Origin: a virus
Virus record (IMG/VR): IMGVR_UViG_3300046817_000745
Coordinates: 1-64,000 of that record
Strand: one strand, 5' to 3'
Length of the DNA: 64,000 nt
Position numbers and translations under genes: made by a program. Shown here piece after piece: positions 55,441 to 64,000 of the stretch. Below the pieces are notes generated by a model. It ran no database searches and was not told where the DNA came from. It was given only the letters and a program-made list of their open reading frames with translations. Numbering within the stretch: the stretch's first letter is position 1; each line of letters begins with the position of its first letter.

Positions 55441-57206
55441 CTCTCTGTCAATACCTTCCCATCCCACGTGATCGGGACTTGGTACGTGTCGCGATCGGTC
55501 AGGATCCTGGTCATCGTAGCCAGGGCGTCCTCAGCGTGCTCGGCCGGGAACTCGGCCAGTACTTCGTCATGGATGGTAAGACGCAGATAAGGACTGAACC
55601 CGGCCGCATCCAGCGCGATCACGCCCTTTTTCAAGATCTCGGCGGCGTGGCCCTGGATCTTGTAGTTCAGCCCTGCATAGCTTTTGCCGCGGTCGGTGTA
55701 CAGCACCCGCCCGGTGGGCGTGGTCACGAATCCGCGGCGGCCGGCGTTCTCCTCGGCCCGGCACCGCGCGGTGATCTGTGACATCAGCCGGTCAAGGCCG
55801 GGGTAGAGCCGGCCGAATGCGGTATACACCGGCCGGGCCTGCTCGACTGGCACGCCCGCGGTCACCGCCATTTTCTCCAGCCCGGATCCGTAGATCTTCG
55901 CGTAGGTGGCGTTTTTGGTCACCTGGCGGCGGGTGTCCTTCTTATCGATCTGCTCGGGGTCGGTCTGGAAGATCTGCCCTGCCATCAGCCGGAAGAAGTC
56001 GACACCGCTCGCGTCGGCGCGGTGGAACATCTCGATCATGCCGGGGTCGGCCGAGAAGTGCGCGGCCAGGCGTGCCTCGATCTGGTCGGCGTCGATCGTC
56101 ACGAACGCGTTTCCGGGCCGCGGCCGGTACGCTCCGCGGATCATCGGCACGTCCCGGTCGAAGGTCTGCATCGGCGGGTCGGTGACGCTCTGGCGTGAGG
56201 TGCGCGCCTGGATCGTGTTGATCGAGGCGTGGATGACGTCGTCGGCGTCGCGCAGGTCGAGGAATTTGCGCAGGTGCGTGTTCACGATCTTGTCGGCCTT
56301 GCGGGCGCCGGTGATCGTCTCAATCAGCCGGCGGTGTGCAGGGTACTCGGCTGCGTACATCCGCAGCGTGTCCTTGTCCATCGACGGCTGGCCGGTCTTC
56401 GTCCACGACAGCGTCGGGATCCCGACGGCATTGAGCACCCGCTCGAGCTGGGCGGAGGAGTTGACCGAGGTGACGCCGTGCTCCCCGCGCAGCCATGCCT
56501 TCGCGTCGTGCTCCCACGCCGTGACCTGCTCGATCGAGCGCTCGATGTACGGCACGTCGAGCATCATCCCGGTGTCCATCATCTGCGCCGCGATACGAGC
56601 GGTGGCCCGTTCCAGGTCGTACGCCTCCCGGTACTTGGCGAGCACCTCGGGGCCGATCTTGTTCCAGATGTGCGCGGTCAAGACCGGGTCGAGCGCGGAG
56701 TACGCGGTGTATCCGGGGTACTCGATCGGCACAGTCGCCCACGTCCAGTGGTTGGTGGCCATCGCGTCGTGCAGCACCTGCTCGCCGATCATGGCGCGCG
56801 GGTCGATCATCTTCGCGGAGACGGGCTTGAGCCCGTGCAGGGCGATCGAGTCGTGCAGATGGCAGGCGATCAGCGTGTCGTGGATTTTCGACCAGTCGAG
56901 TTTCAGCCCGAGCTGGGCGAGCACCCGCCAGTCGTACGCGCTCTGATGCGCGGCCAGCTCGCCGCGGTACTTGCGCAGGATCTCCAGCAGACCGCCGCCC
57001 CACAGGTGCGCGGGGGCAGCCCATCCGGTGCGCATGTCGCCGATCTGGACCATGCGGCACACGTCCCGGTACGGGGAGAGACCCGCCGACTCCGTGTCGA
57101 AGCACAGCGGACCCTGCCGACGTTCCCCGGCCCATCGCTGGCACTCGGCCAGCTCATCGATCGACATGATCGTGCGCAGGCTGACGCCGTCCAGCGCGCC
57201 GGCCAT
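55425..57206 (-). CDS. polA: Family A DNA polymerase with 3'-5' exonuclease
   Basis: ExoI FDTES, HDT, YSALD; motif A DADQIEAR, motif B R..TKNATYAKIYG, motif C IHDE. Confidence 0.93.
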   Translation of the reverse strand: MAGALDGVSLRTIMSIDELAECQRWAGERRQGPLCFDTESAGLSPYRDVCRMVQIGDMRTGWAAPAHLWGGGLLEILRKYRGELAAHQSAYDWRVLAQLGLKLDWSKIHDTLIACHLHDSIALHGLKPVSAKMIDPRAMIGEQVLHDAMATNHWTWATVPIEYPGYTAYSALDPVLTAHIWNKIGPEVLAKYREAYDLERATARIAAQMMDTGMMLDVPYIERSIEQVTAWEHDAKAWLRGEHGVTSVNSSAQLERVLNAVGIPTLSWTKTGQPSMDKDTLRMYAAEYPAHRRLIETITGARKADKIVNTHLRKFLDLRDADDVIHASINTIQARTSRQSVTDPPMQTFDRDVPMIRGAYRPRPGNAFVTIDADQIEARLAAHFSADPGMIEMFHRADASGVDFFRLMAGQIFQTDPEQIDKKDTRRQVTKNATYAKIYGSGLEKMAVTAGVPVEQARPVYTAFGRLYPGLDRLMSQITARCRAEENAGRRGFVTTPTGRVLYTDRGKSYAGLNYKIQGHAAEILKKGVIALDAAGFSPYLRLTIHDEVLAEFPAEHAEDALATMTRILTDRDTYQVPITWDGKVLTERWVKS

Positions 57207-57329
57207 CAGACGGTCCAATGCTTGGACCAGTCCAGATTACAGGTCGAGCAGTAGTACCCCTTGTAGTAAAGCTCTTTGTATGATGACACGTCATGTCTCA
57301 ACAGCTTGTGCAGCAACGCTCGGATCATG

Positions 57330-57473
57330 TCACGCCGTCCAGTGCTTGCCAGCCCGGAAGAACAGACCGTTCCAGCCTTTGCCACACGTCCAGCAGTGGT
57401 AGAAGTTCGCGTAGCCGCGGCCGGGGATGGACGTGCGGTGCAGCATCAGCTCATGCGCCCAGAGCCGGATCAT
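57330..57473 (-). CDS. Small zinc-ribbon-like protein
   Basis: ATGA overlap; CWTCG. Confidence 0.45.
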   Translation of the reverse strand: MIRLWAHELMLHRTSIPGRGYANFYHCWTCGKGWNGLFFRAGKHWTA

Positions 57474-57973
57474 CGCGTGACACCCGACCTCGGGATCAGC
57501 GCGAGGAAATGCGGGTGCTCCTGCGCGACCGCGCCGAGTAGCTCGATGACCGGCTTCGACCAGAACGCCTTGCCGGTGCGGTGGTCGATCACGAGGTTGT
57601 CCACGACCTGCTGCTCCGTGTCCAGGAACCACACGTTGTGGCGCGGGATCTCCATCCGCACCGGATCGCCGGGACGCATGGCGCTCAGCTCGGGCGGGCG
57701 GCACTGCCCGCACGGCTCGGACCCCTCGAGCAGGTCGGCGGCAGTGGCCGGCTGGCCGGGGCGCGCCTGCTTCGGCGTGCGGCAGGTGGTGTCCTGGCGG
57801 TGGTAGAGAGTCGAGTCCGAGAGCCGGTGGATCACCCATCCGCCACCTTCGCGCTGGTACAGCGCGATCTCGATCCATCGCGCCCGCTCGCCGTCGTCGG
57901 TGGTCACCTCGGCGGCGAGAACCCCCTCGAACTGCGAGACCACGGCTCCGCGGTGGTCCTTAATAATGATCAT
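57470..57973 (-). CDS. Hypothetical protein
   Basis: TCAGGGAGGA motif upstream; RWIEIALY, H...C, CGQC. Confidence 0.75.
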   Translation of the reverse strand: MIIIKDHRGAVVSQFEGVLAAEVTTDDGERARWIEIALYQREGGGWVIHRLSDSTLYHRQDTTCRTPKQARPGQPATAADLLEGSEPCGQCRPPELSAMRPGDPVRMEIPRHNVWFLDTEQQVVDNLVIDHRTGKAFWSKPVIELLGAVAQEHPHFLALIPRSGVTR

Positions 57974-58046
57974 GTGTTCCTCCCTGAACTAGTCCGCAGT
58001 TGAGTCTACAATAGGATCGGCACGAACGTTCAGGGAGGATTTGGCA
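57974..58046. promoter_or_regulatory. Divergent promoter region
   Basis: TCAGGGAGGA on both strands facing outward; TACAAT (+) overlapping TAGACT (-) in centre. Confidence 0.6.
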
Positions 58047-58976
58047 ATGGGCTGTCTTCATCAGGATTTCGCAGGAAGCGACCCCGTCGTACGCCAGCTC
58101 GGGATCGGCGCGGCCGCCTTGCGGTACCAGGGCCAGGGCTACGCGGTGCTCGCCCTGGCACGCGGCCGCAAACGCCCGCACCGGATTCTGGGTGACTCCG
58201 GCGGCGTGCACTGGGCGAGCATCGACCCGCAGGCCGCGAAGTGGAGCTGGAGCAGGGACCGCGCGGCCAACCTCGGCGTCGCGTGCGGGTCCCCATCTCG
58301 GCTGATCGTGGTCGACCTGGACGTCAAGGGCGGCCGCGACGGACCCGGGGAACTGACCCGGTTCATGGCGCAGTACCAGCTGGGCATCCGTGACGCCGCG
58401 GTGGCGGCCACCCCCTCGGGTGGCACGCACCTGTGGCTGCGCACCCCCGACGGGATGCGGGTACAGGGACGTCCCGGGATCCTGCCCGGCGTCGACATCC
58501 TCGGTGACGGCAACCTCGTGGTCGCCGCGCCCTCGATGGCGATGGTGTCCGGGCGCGGCGGCGAGCAGGTCCCGATCCCGTACCGGTGGACCGCCGGATG
58601 CTACTGCGCCGCCGGCCCGGTCCCGCCCTGGATGCTGGCGTGGATTGCCTCGGCCGGGCCGGGTATGGGCAGCGCCGGATCGGGCAGTGGCGGCGGCGGG
58701 GAGGAGGACGTCGACCTGGACGCGCTGCGCGAGCGCGGCGCGGCGGCCGGCACACGCAACCGCGAGCTGTACCGGGCCGCGTGCAAGCTGCACCGCACAC
58801 TGGCGCCGCAGGACGTGCTCGCGCAGCTCGAGGTGATGTGGCGGGCCGGAGACACGTCGGGGCTGCCGTGGCGCGAGGTGCTGACCCTCAACGAGAGCGC
58901 CCGCAAGTTCATCGACGGACAGCAGCAGCGCGAACGGGCGCTACGCGATGCGTGGGTCAGGAGTGGTATGCGATGA
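58047..58976 (+). CDS. Bifunctional DNA primase/polymerase (Prim-Pol)
   Basis: K.P, ANLGV, VVDLDVK, TPSGG.HLW, GVDI.G.G..VVA.PS, RN..LY. Confidence 0.9.
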   Translation: MGCLHQDFAGSDPVVRQLGIGAAALRYQGQGYAVLALARGRKRPHRILGDSGGVHWASIDPQAAKWSWSRDRAANLGVACGSPSRLIVVDLDVKGGRDGPGELTRFMAQYQLGIRDAAVAATPSGGTHLWLRTPDGMRVQGRPGILPGVDILGDGNLVVAAPSMAMVSGRGGEQVPIPYRWTAGCYCAAGPVPPWMLAWIASAGPGMGSAGSGSGGGGEEDVDLDALRERGAAAGTRNRELYRAACKLHRTLAPQDVLAQLEVMWRAGDTSGLPWREVLTLNESARKFIDGQQQRERALRDAWVRSGMR

Positions 58977-59002
58977 ACGCATCCGAGCGGTCCGGGCAGT
59001 GG

Positions 59003-59038
59003 CGAGGGGCCCGGCGCCTTCCCGTGCCGAGCCCCTCG
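59003..59038. terminator. Imperfect stem-loop between Prim-Pol and ATPase genes
   Basis: CGAGGGGC.CGGC / GCCG.GCCCCTCG. Confidence 0.4.
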
Positions 59039-59216
59039 TGAGTCCCGGATGTCCGCACTAGGCTGGCGGGATCCCCCTGGACCCGAGGATGAACCGCCGC
59101 ACACGAGACCGTCTTGACCCGGTCTTCCCGCGAAACACCGTGAGCACCCGATCGAAAAGGAACGCTCAGATGCGCATCCTACCGCAAGCACCTGCAAACA
59201 CGACAAGGTCACGGCC

Positions 59217-60620
59217 GTGACCGGCGCACCGGCCGCGCCCGCAGCCGTCGGCGTGCTGATGGACATCCTGCACCGCGACTACTACGTGTCGGCCACCACG
59301 GACGGGCGCCTGTTCGCCGTGCGCCTGGACACGCCCTCGGTCATGATCCCGATGCGCGGATCCTCCGGCATGCGCCAGCGCCTGGCCGTGGACATGTACG
59401 TGCAGACCGGCCGGGCCGCGAACAGTGACGCGCTCACCTCGGTCCTGAACCTCGCCGAAGGCGCGGCCATGAGCCGCAAGCGGGTCACCCCGAATCTGCG
59501 GATCGCGCCCTGGCACGGGGCGGTGTACATCGACCTGGGCCGCACGGACGGCAAGGCGGTGGAGCTGAAGCCGGGAGCGTGGCGCGTGGTGGACCGCCCG
59601 CCCGTCCTGTTCACCCGCACGGCGCTCACCGCCGAGCTGCCGCTGCCGGCCGAGGAAGGCCGGATGGAAGAGGCACGGGACCTGATCAACGTGCGCTCGC
59701 CGGACGACTGGGCGCTGTACATCGCCTGCCGGGTCGCGTCCCTCTTCCCCGGCATCACGCACCCGATCGAGGTGATCTCGGGTCCGCCCGGGTCGGCGAA
59801 GACCGCGGCCACCAAGGTCACCTCCAACTGGATCGACGCCTCCCCCGCCATGCTCCCGGTCCCGCGGGACGGGCGCACCTGGGCGGCCATGGCCGGCGGG
59901 CGGTACGTGCTGCCGCTGGACAACGTGAGCGGTGTGGCGCGCTGGTGGTCGGACGCTCTGTGCAAGGCGGCGTCCGGGGACGGCTGGGTGGACCGCGCGC
60001 TGTACACCGACGGAGACCTGTACGTCGCCGCGTTCCAGTCTGTGATCATCCTGAACGGGATCACGCTGGGCGGGCTACAGGGCGACCTGGCCGACCGGCT
60101 CGCGGCGCACCACCTGTCCCGGATCACGGCGTACCGCTCCGATGATGAGGTCGCGGCCACCTGGGCGCTGGCGCATCCCGGGGCGCTGGCCTGGCTGCTG
60201 GACCGCGCCGCGGAGATCCTCGGAGACATGCAGTCCCTGCCGCAGATGACCGGGCCGGACCGCCTGATCCGCTTCTCACAGATCGTGCAGCTGATCGACC
60301 GGCGGTGGCACACCAACGCGCTGGGCGCCTGGCGGGCGGGGCGCATCGGCGTGCTCGAGGACATCGCCGAGGGCGACCTGGTCGCCGTCGCGCTGCGCCA
60401 GGCGGTGCACGCACCGTGGTACGGCACCTCGACCGAGCTGCTGCACCACCTGATGATGCACGGCGGTCTGCAGGACGAGGGCGGGAAGCGGTGGACGCCG
60501 CAGATGCTCAGTGAGCGGTTGGAGCGCACCGGCCAGGCTCTGGCGGCCATCGGCTGGCGGGTCGAGCGGGGTCGCGCGCACGGGGGCAAGCGCATGATCT
60601 GGGTCAACCCGCCGCAATGA
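59217..60620 (+). CDS. P-loop ATPase, putative replicative helicase partner of Prim-Pol
   Basis: GPPGSAKT, LDNVS, R.LYTD, ILNGI, DLADR; start uncertain. Confidence 0.8.
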   Translation: MTGAPAAPAAVGVLMDILHRDYYVSATTDGRLFAVRLDTPSVMIPMRGSSGMRQRLAVDMYVQTGRAANSDALTSVLNLAEGAAMSRKRVTPNLRIAPWHGAVYIDLGRTDGKAVELKPGAWRVVDRPPVLFTRTALTAELPLPAEEGRMEEARDLINVRSPDDWALYIACRVASLFPGITHPIEVISGPPGSAKTAATKVTSNWIDASPAMLPVPRDGRTWAAMAGGRYVLPLDNVSGVARWWSDALCKAASGDGWVDRALYTDGDLYVAAFQSVIILNGITLGGLQGDLADRLAAHHLSRITAYRSDDEVAATWALAHPGALAWLLDRAAEILGDMQSLPQMTGPDRLIRFSQIVQLIDRRWHTNALGAWRAGRIGVLEDIAEGDLVAVALRQAVHAPWYGTSTELLHHLMMHGGLQDEGGKRWTPQMLSERLERTGQALAAIGWRVERGRAHGGKRMIWVNPPQ

Positions 60621-60639
60621 GTCAAGACGTTGAGTAAGT

Positions 60640-60870
60640 GGTGACGCGGTGACGAGGGTGACGGCTTTTTCTACTACCATCTGCTTCCCCCTCTTAAAAT
60701 CCTAGGGACAGATAGTAGTAGGGAGAGGCGTCACCAGCGTCACCGCTCGTCACCTAACGATCTTGGAAACAGATGCGGCATGCGAGAGAAGCGCCACCGA
60801 CAGATGTGGAACGCCAAAAGTGCGCCACCGACAGATGATGCTGTGTTGGACCTCGCCACCGGGTGACGCC
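60640..60870. repeat. Candidate replication origin
   Basis: Three GGTGACG then three inverted CGTCACC flanking an AT-richer core; 16-bp direct repeat GCGCCACCGACAGATG at 60791 and 60822. Confidence 0.65.
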
Positions 60871-61010
60871 TATTTGTAGATCCACATCTGCCCCGAACTG
60901 AGTTTCAGATGATCTCTGCGGGAACTGCGTCGTTGCAGGTCGTGGAGTTGCGTTGTTCGGTTCTTTGAATATGATCTTGAAACCCTATGGAAGGGTGATC
61001 TTGCGGACGT

Positions 61011-61655
61011 ATGATGACCGACATGGACGTACCCCCACGTGCGATGGACGAGATCATGGCCGCCATGATCGGACCGGCACCGGATCACCAGTGCCGCGGG
61101 ACCAACCGGGGCGGAGGGCCATGCGGCAGGGGTCCGGTGCCCGGCGCGACGGTGTGCGCGATGCACGGGGGCAAGGCGCCCGCCGTGGTCGCCAAGGCCG
61201 AGATACGCCTGGCGGAGCGCGAGGCGGTGATGGTCGCGAGGCGCGCCGTGCTCGACCTGACCGACGCCGAGTTGATCGAGCAGTTCGGCAATCCCGGCGA
61301 GACGCTGCAGTGGATCATCGCCATGAGCCGGGCCCTGGCGTCCCGGCTGCACGTCGCGGTCGCCGATCTGTCCGACCTGGTGTATACCGACGCGTTCGGC
61401 AACATTCACGTGCGCGGAGAAGTCAATGCGCTGATGAAGGCGATAGCCCTGGCCGGCTCGCACGCGGAGCGGGCCCTGCGCCTGAACCTGGATCACCGCG
61501 GTCTGCAGGTGCAGGAGCGGCAGCTGGCGCTGCTCGACCGCGCGCTGGACACCGCCCTGGCGCAGGCCGGGCTGGACGCCGACACCCAGCGCACCGTGCG
61601 CCGCGTGCTGCGCACCGAGATCCTGGCCGCAGACGAGACAGCAGACGCGAATTGA
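61011..61655 (+). CDS. C..C..C.MHGG domain protein, possible terminase small subunit
   Basis: CRGTNRGGGPC..PVPGATVCAMHGGKAP then helical region. Confidence 0.65.
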   Translation: MMTDMDVPPRAMDEIMAAMIGPAPDHQCRGTNRGGGPCGRGPVPGATVCAMHGGKAPAVVAKAEIRLAEREAVMVARRAVLDLTDAELIEQFGNPGETLQWIIAMSRALASRLHVAVADLSDLVYTDAFGNIHVRGEVNALMKAIALAGSHAERALRLNLDHRGLQVQERQLALLDRALDTALAQAGLDADTQRTVRRVLRTEILAADETADAN

Positions 61656-61721
61656 TCGGCCGCCCGGGACAGGCCGAGCCTTTCGCGTGACGTTGCACTA
61701 CTCAGTGAGACCGTGGCAGGG

Positions 61722-61753
61722 TAGACTGCTGACAAGTGATGGTTCAGGGAGGA
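61722..61753 (+). promoter_or_regulatory. Putative -10 (TAGACT), CTGCTGACAAG box, TCAGGGAGGA motif
   Basis: Box 61726-61736; motif 61744-61753. Confidence 0.6.
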
Positions 61754-61759
61754 AACGCA

Positions 61760-62230
61760 GTGAAGATCAGCGTCCGGGGTGTCGATTACACCCCCGTGCA
61801 CGTCAGCGAAGTAGGGATCTTCAGCATCATCGTCCGCGGTGTGCGGTACGAGTCGGACACCCTGGCGGGCCTACGCAGCAAGGTGTTCCTGCGTGCGCGC
61901 GGGCACGGCGTCAAGGTCACGATCCCGTTCACGGCCATCGAAAACGGTGTGATCCGCAACGGCGTCGCCACCGGATTCCACGAGGTCGACGGCTCGATCC
62001 TGGTGCACTGGGAAGAGACCCCGTACCGCGCCGAGACGCTCGGATGGAGCTGCACCACCCTGGCTCCGCTCACCGAGCACGGCGCCGACCTGTACCGGCA
62101 GCTGTCCGCCGACTACTGGGCGGCGCGCAGCGTCGTCGAGAAATTCGAGCAGCGCCATGCAATCGACCTGAGAAGCAGGATCATCGCGGCGATCTCCGTC
62201 GCGGTCGAGAAGGAGGACAAAGAACTGTGA
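61760..62230 (+). CDS. Hypothetical protein
   Basis: GGGAGG RBS before GTG. Confidence 0.7.
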   Translation: MKISVRGVDYTPVHVSEVGIFSIIVRGVRYESDTLAGLRSKVFLRARGHGVKVTIPFTAIENGVIRNGVATGFHEVDGSILVHWEETPYRAETLGWSCTTLAPLTEHGADLYRQLSADYWAARSVVEKFEQRHAIDLRSRIIAAISVAVEKEDKEL

Positions 62231-62931
62231 GCGATCAGACGTTCGGCGCGTGGCTGATGGAGCAGCACGAGCGCCAAGACGCCACGGGCGCGCTTTCGCG
62301 TGCGTGGACACATCTGCGCGAGGCACGCGGGTACAACCGCACCCACACGGCGAAGTCCATCGGCCAGCTGCTCTCCGCCCAGCTCGGCGAGGACTGGCAG
62401 AAGTTGCGCGGAGACGAGTCGATCACCGCGGCCGAGGCCGAGTGGAAGACCGGCACGACGCTGGAGCGGCAGGGAGATCACGGGATGGTGTTGCCACCGG
62501 ATGGGCACCAGCCCCAAGGCATCCCTGAGCCGTGGAAGACCCCGGCCGGTGGCGAGCAGTTGCAGTTGCCCGGCATGCCGTCCGGGTACGCGGTCACCGG
62601 TCCGGATCTCGAGTCGATGATTGCGGCTGTGCCCGTGCCCGCGCCCGCACCGCCCATGGCCATCCTCGTGGTCGACGGATACGAGTACGAGTTGACCCCC
62701 GGCCGCCGCTATGTGCTGGACCTGCGCCCGGTCCTGCGCCAGGACAGCGACAACCCGGCTCCGGCACGTGCGAACACGGCCACCCATGTGGACACAGACA
62801 TCTTCGCGCCGGCTCCGCAGCTGATCGACGACCAGGGCCGGCTCAACTTCGCGGTGCTGTATGCCCTGGCCGACCACACCCTGCCCGAAGGCGCCGACCT
62901 GGCGTCGCTCGGCCTGGCCGGTGATGAGTGA
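62227..62931 (+). CDS. Protein with N-terminal YozE-like domain
   Basis: GGAGG RBS; TFGAWLMEQ..RQD..GAL.R, A.AEW. Confidence 0.6.
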   Translation: MSDQTFGAWLMEQHERQDATGALSRAWTHLREARGYNRTHTAKSIGQLLSAQLGEDWQKLRGDESITAAEAEWKTGTTLERQGDHGMVLPPDGHQPQGIPEPWKTPAGGEQLQLPGMPSGYAVTGPDLESMIAAVPVPAPAPPMAILVVDGYEYELTPGRRYVLDLRPVLRQDSDNPAPARANTATHVDTDIFAPAPQLIDDQGRLNFAVLYALADHTLPEGADLASLGLAGDE

Positions 62932-63137
62932 TCGTGAGCGGATCCGCCAGGACCGCGCTGATCCGGATCGAGCTGGAGTTCACCGTCACCGACATGGCGA
63001 GCGAGGGTGAGATGCTCGACGCCGTGACCCGCGCGATCGTGGTGGCCAAGCCCGAGCTGGAGTCGCCCAATGGTCAGTGCTCGGTGCGCGTGGTCGCCTC
63101 GCACGTCACGACGAAGCACACAGGAGGATCGCTGTGA
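62928..63137 (+). CDS. Hypothetical protein
   Basis: GTGA overlaps at both ends. Confidence 0.55.
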   Translation: MIVSGSARTALIRIELEFTVTDMASEGEMLDAVTRAIVVAKPELESPNGQCSVRVVASHVTTKHTGGSL

Positions 63138-63337
63138 GCATGCCCGAGCAGTTCCGGCCGATCGGCGAGCTGGACGACGGAGTCACCGGCGTCGTGATCG
63201 AACGGCGCGACCCGGCGCGCTGGCAGGGCGCCTTGGCCGACGCGGTCGACCTCGCCATCGACGACGCCGAGCCGGTGTACCTGGTCGAGGACGGCAAGCG
63301 CGTCGCCGTCATCACACCGGTTGCCGACCCGCAGTGA
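63134..63337 (+). CDS. Phd/YefM-like DNA-binding domain protein
   Basis: AGGAGG RBS; L..AVD.A....EPVYL..DGKRVAVI.PV. Confidence 0.55.
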   Translation: MSMPEQFRPIGELDDGVTGVVIERRDPARWQGALADAVDLAIDDAEPVYLVEDGKRVAVITPVADPQ

Positions 63338-63537
63338 GTGAGAGCTCGCTCGACGACCTGGCCCGACGCGCGATCGACGCGGTCGCGGCCGGCCAGAAAA
63401 CCATCACGGTGACGCCGGCTGATCACCGGTGCCTCCGGTCGGCCACCGACGAAGACTGGAACAGTGCACTGATCCGCAACGGCTCGGGGCCGATCTACGG
63501 CGTCGGCCTGGATGTGGTGGTGGTGGCAGATGCGTAA
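63334..63537 (+). CDS. Hypothetical protein
   Basis: GTGA overlap. Confidence 0.5.
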   Translation: MSESSLDDLARRAIDAVAAGQKTITVTPADHRCLRSATDEDWNSALIRNGSGPIYGVGLDVVVVADA

Positions 63538-63721
63538 ACCGCAGCGCGCCCGCGCGACGTGGTTCGCCCTGTACAGGGCGGGCTACCGGCTGCACCGCGA
63601 CCGCGTCAACCGGTGTTGGTGGTTGGAGATGCCCGACAAGTGCATCGGGTGGGCAGGGATCCGCACGCGCGAGCTCAGAAGAGTGCCCGAGACGGCTGCC
63701 AGGACGTGGCGGCCGGTGTAG
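63530..63721 (+). CDS. Hypothetical basic protein
   Basis: Overlaps upstream stop. Confidence 0.45.
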   Translation: MRKPQRARATWFALYRAGYRLHRDRVNRCWWLEMPDKCIGWAGIRTRELRRVPETAARTWRPV

Positions 63722-63751
63722 TCTGCAGGTGAGGACAAGTTCAGGGAGGAA

Positions 63752-64000
63752 ATGCAGATGGTTCTAGATCATGAAACAGCGGCGGAGCTGCTGTTCATCG
63801 CCGTGACGGCGGTCCCCGCCAGCGTGTCAGAGGCAATGCGTGTGGCTGCCGAGGAGTACACGCGGATCCACGGCGATCTGACGGTCGTCGCAACGCAGAT
63901 GGCGAGCCAGTTCGGCGATCACCCGGAGAGTGCCACCGCGCGGATGCGCCGCTGCCTCGCCGTGGCACCCCTGCACATGGTGGCGCCTGAGCCCAGCGAC
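63752..64000 (+). CDS. Hypothetical protein, 3'-truncated
   Basis: TCAGGGAGGA motif upstream; frame open to window end; FGDHPESATARMR. Confidence 0.65.
   Translation, partial: MQMVLDHETAAELLFIAVTAVPASVSEAMRVAAEEYTRIHGDLTVVATQMASQFGDHPESATARMRRCLAVAPLHMVAPEPSD

Larger units (their letters stand above)
1..64000. mobile_element. Actinobacterial tailed phage/prophage (siphovirus-like), incomplete at both window ends
   Basis: Ordered terminase, portal, protease, capsid, tail tube, tape measure and minor tail genes plus phage replication genes; no host housekeeping genes; ORFs cross both edges. Confidence 0.95.

Noticed and set aside
57280-57290. ATGATGACACG (and GTGAGGACAAG at 63729) as further operator boxes
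   Set aside because: Two or more mismatches to consensus; not counted
60791-60837. 16-bp direct repeat as possible CRISPR
   Set aside because: Only two short copies, no spacers or cas operon; fits origin iterons better
1-64000. Integrase, CI-like repressor, ParA, tRNA or att site
   Set aside because: None recognisable in this window; they may lie outside it, so lifestyle is undetermined

Overview
High-GC (about 70%) actinobacterial tailed-phage (siphovirus-type) genome segment; genes run off both ends of the window. Order: a Streptomyces-plasmid/AICE-type transfer module (GntR-UTRA regulator, DUF2637-type membrane protein, TraB-like FtsK translocase; 1-4765), small accessory genes, a hydrolase/lysis block (9.5-13.5 kb), terminase-portal-head-tail genes (13.7-45.1 kb), a leftward recombination/replication arm (45.1-58.0 kb), and a rightward Prim-Pol/ATPase pair, a repeat-rich candidate origin and small genes (58.0-64.0 kb). 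Main observations: (1) a 1045-aa head-operon protein that looks like a cleavable anti-defence polyprotein (2H phosphoesterase, GNAT, glycosylase-like and SAM-lyase-like domains separated by repeated linker motifs); (2) a conjugative TraB module inside an apparently complete phage; (3) five small proteins sharing a C-terminal [AG]-[VL]-[ST]-N motif; (4) an 11-bp promoter-overlapping box and a 10-bp start-associated motif repeated across the window. No integrase, tRNA, rRNA or CRISPR array was seen. All family assignments come from reading motifs by eye; no database or HMM search was run.
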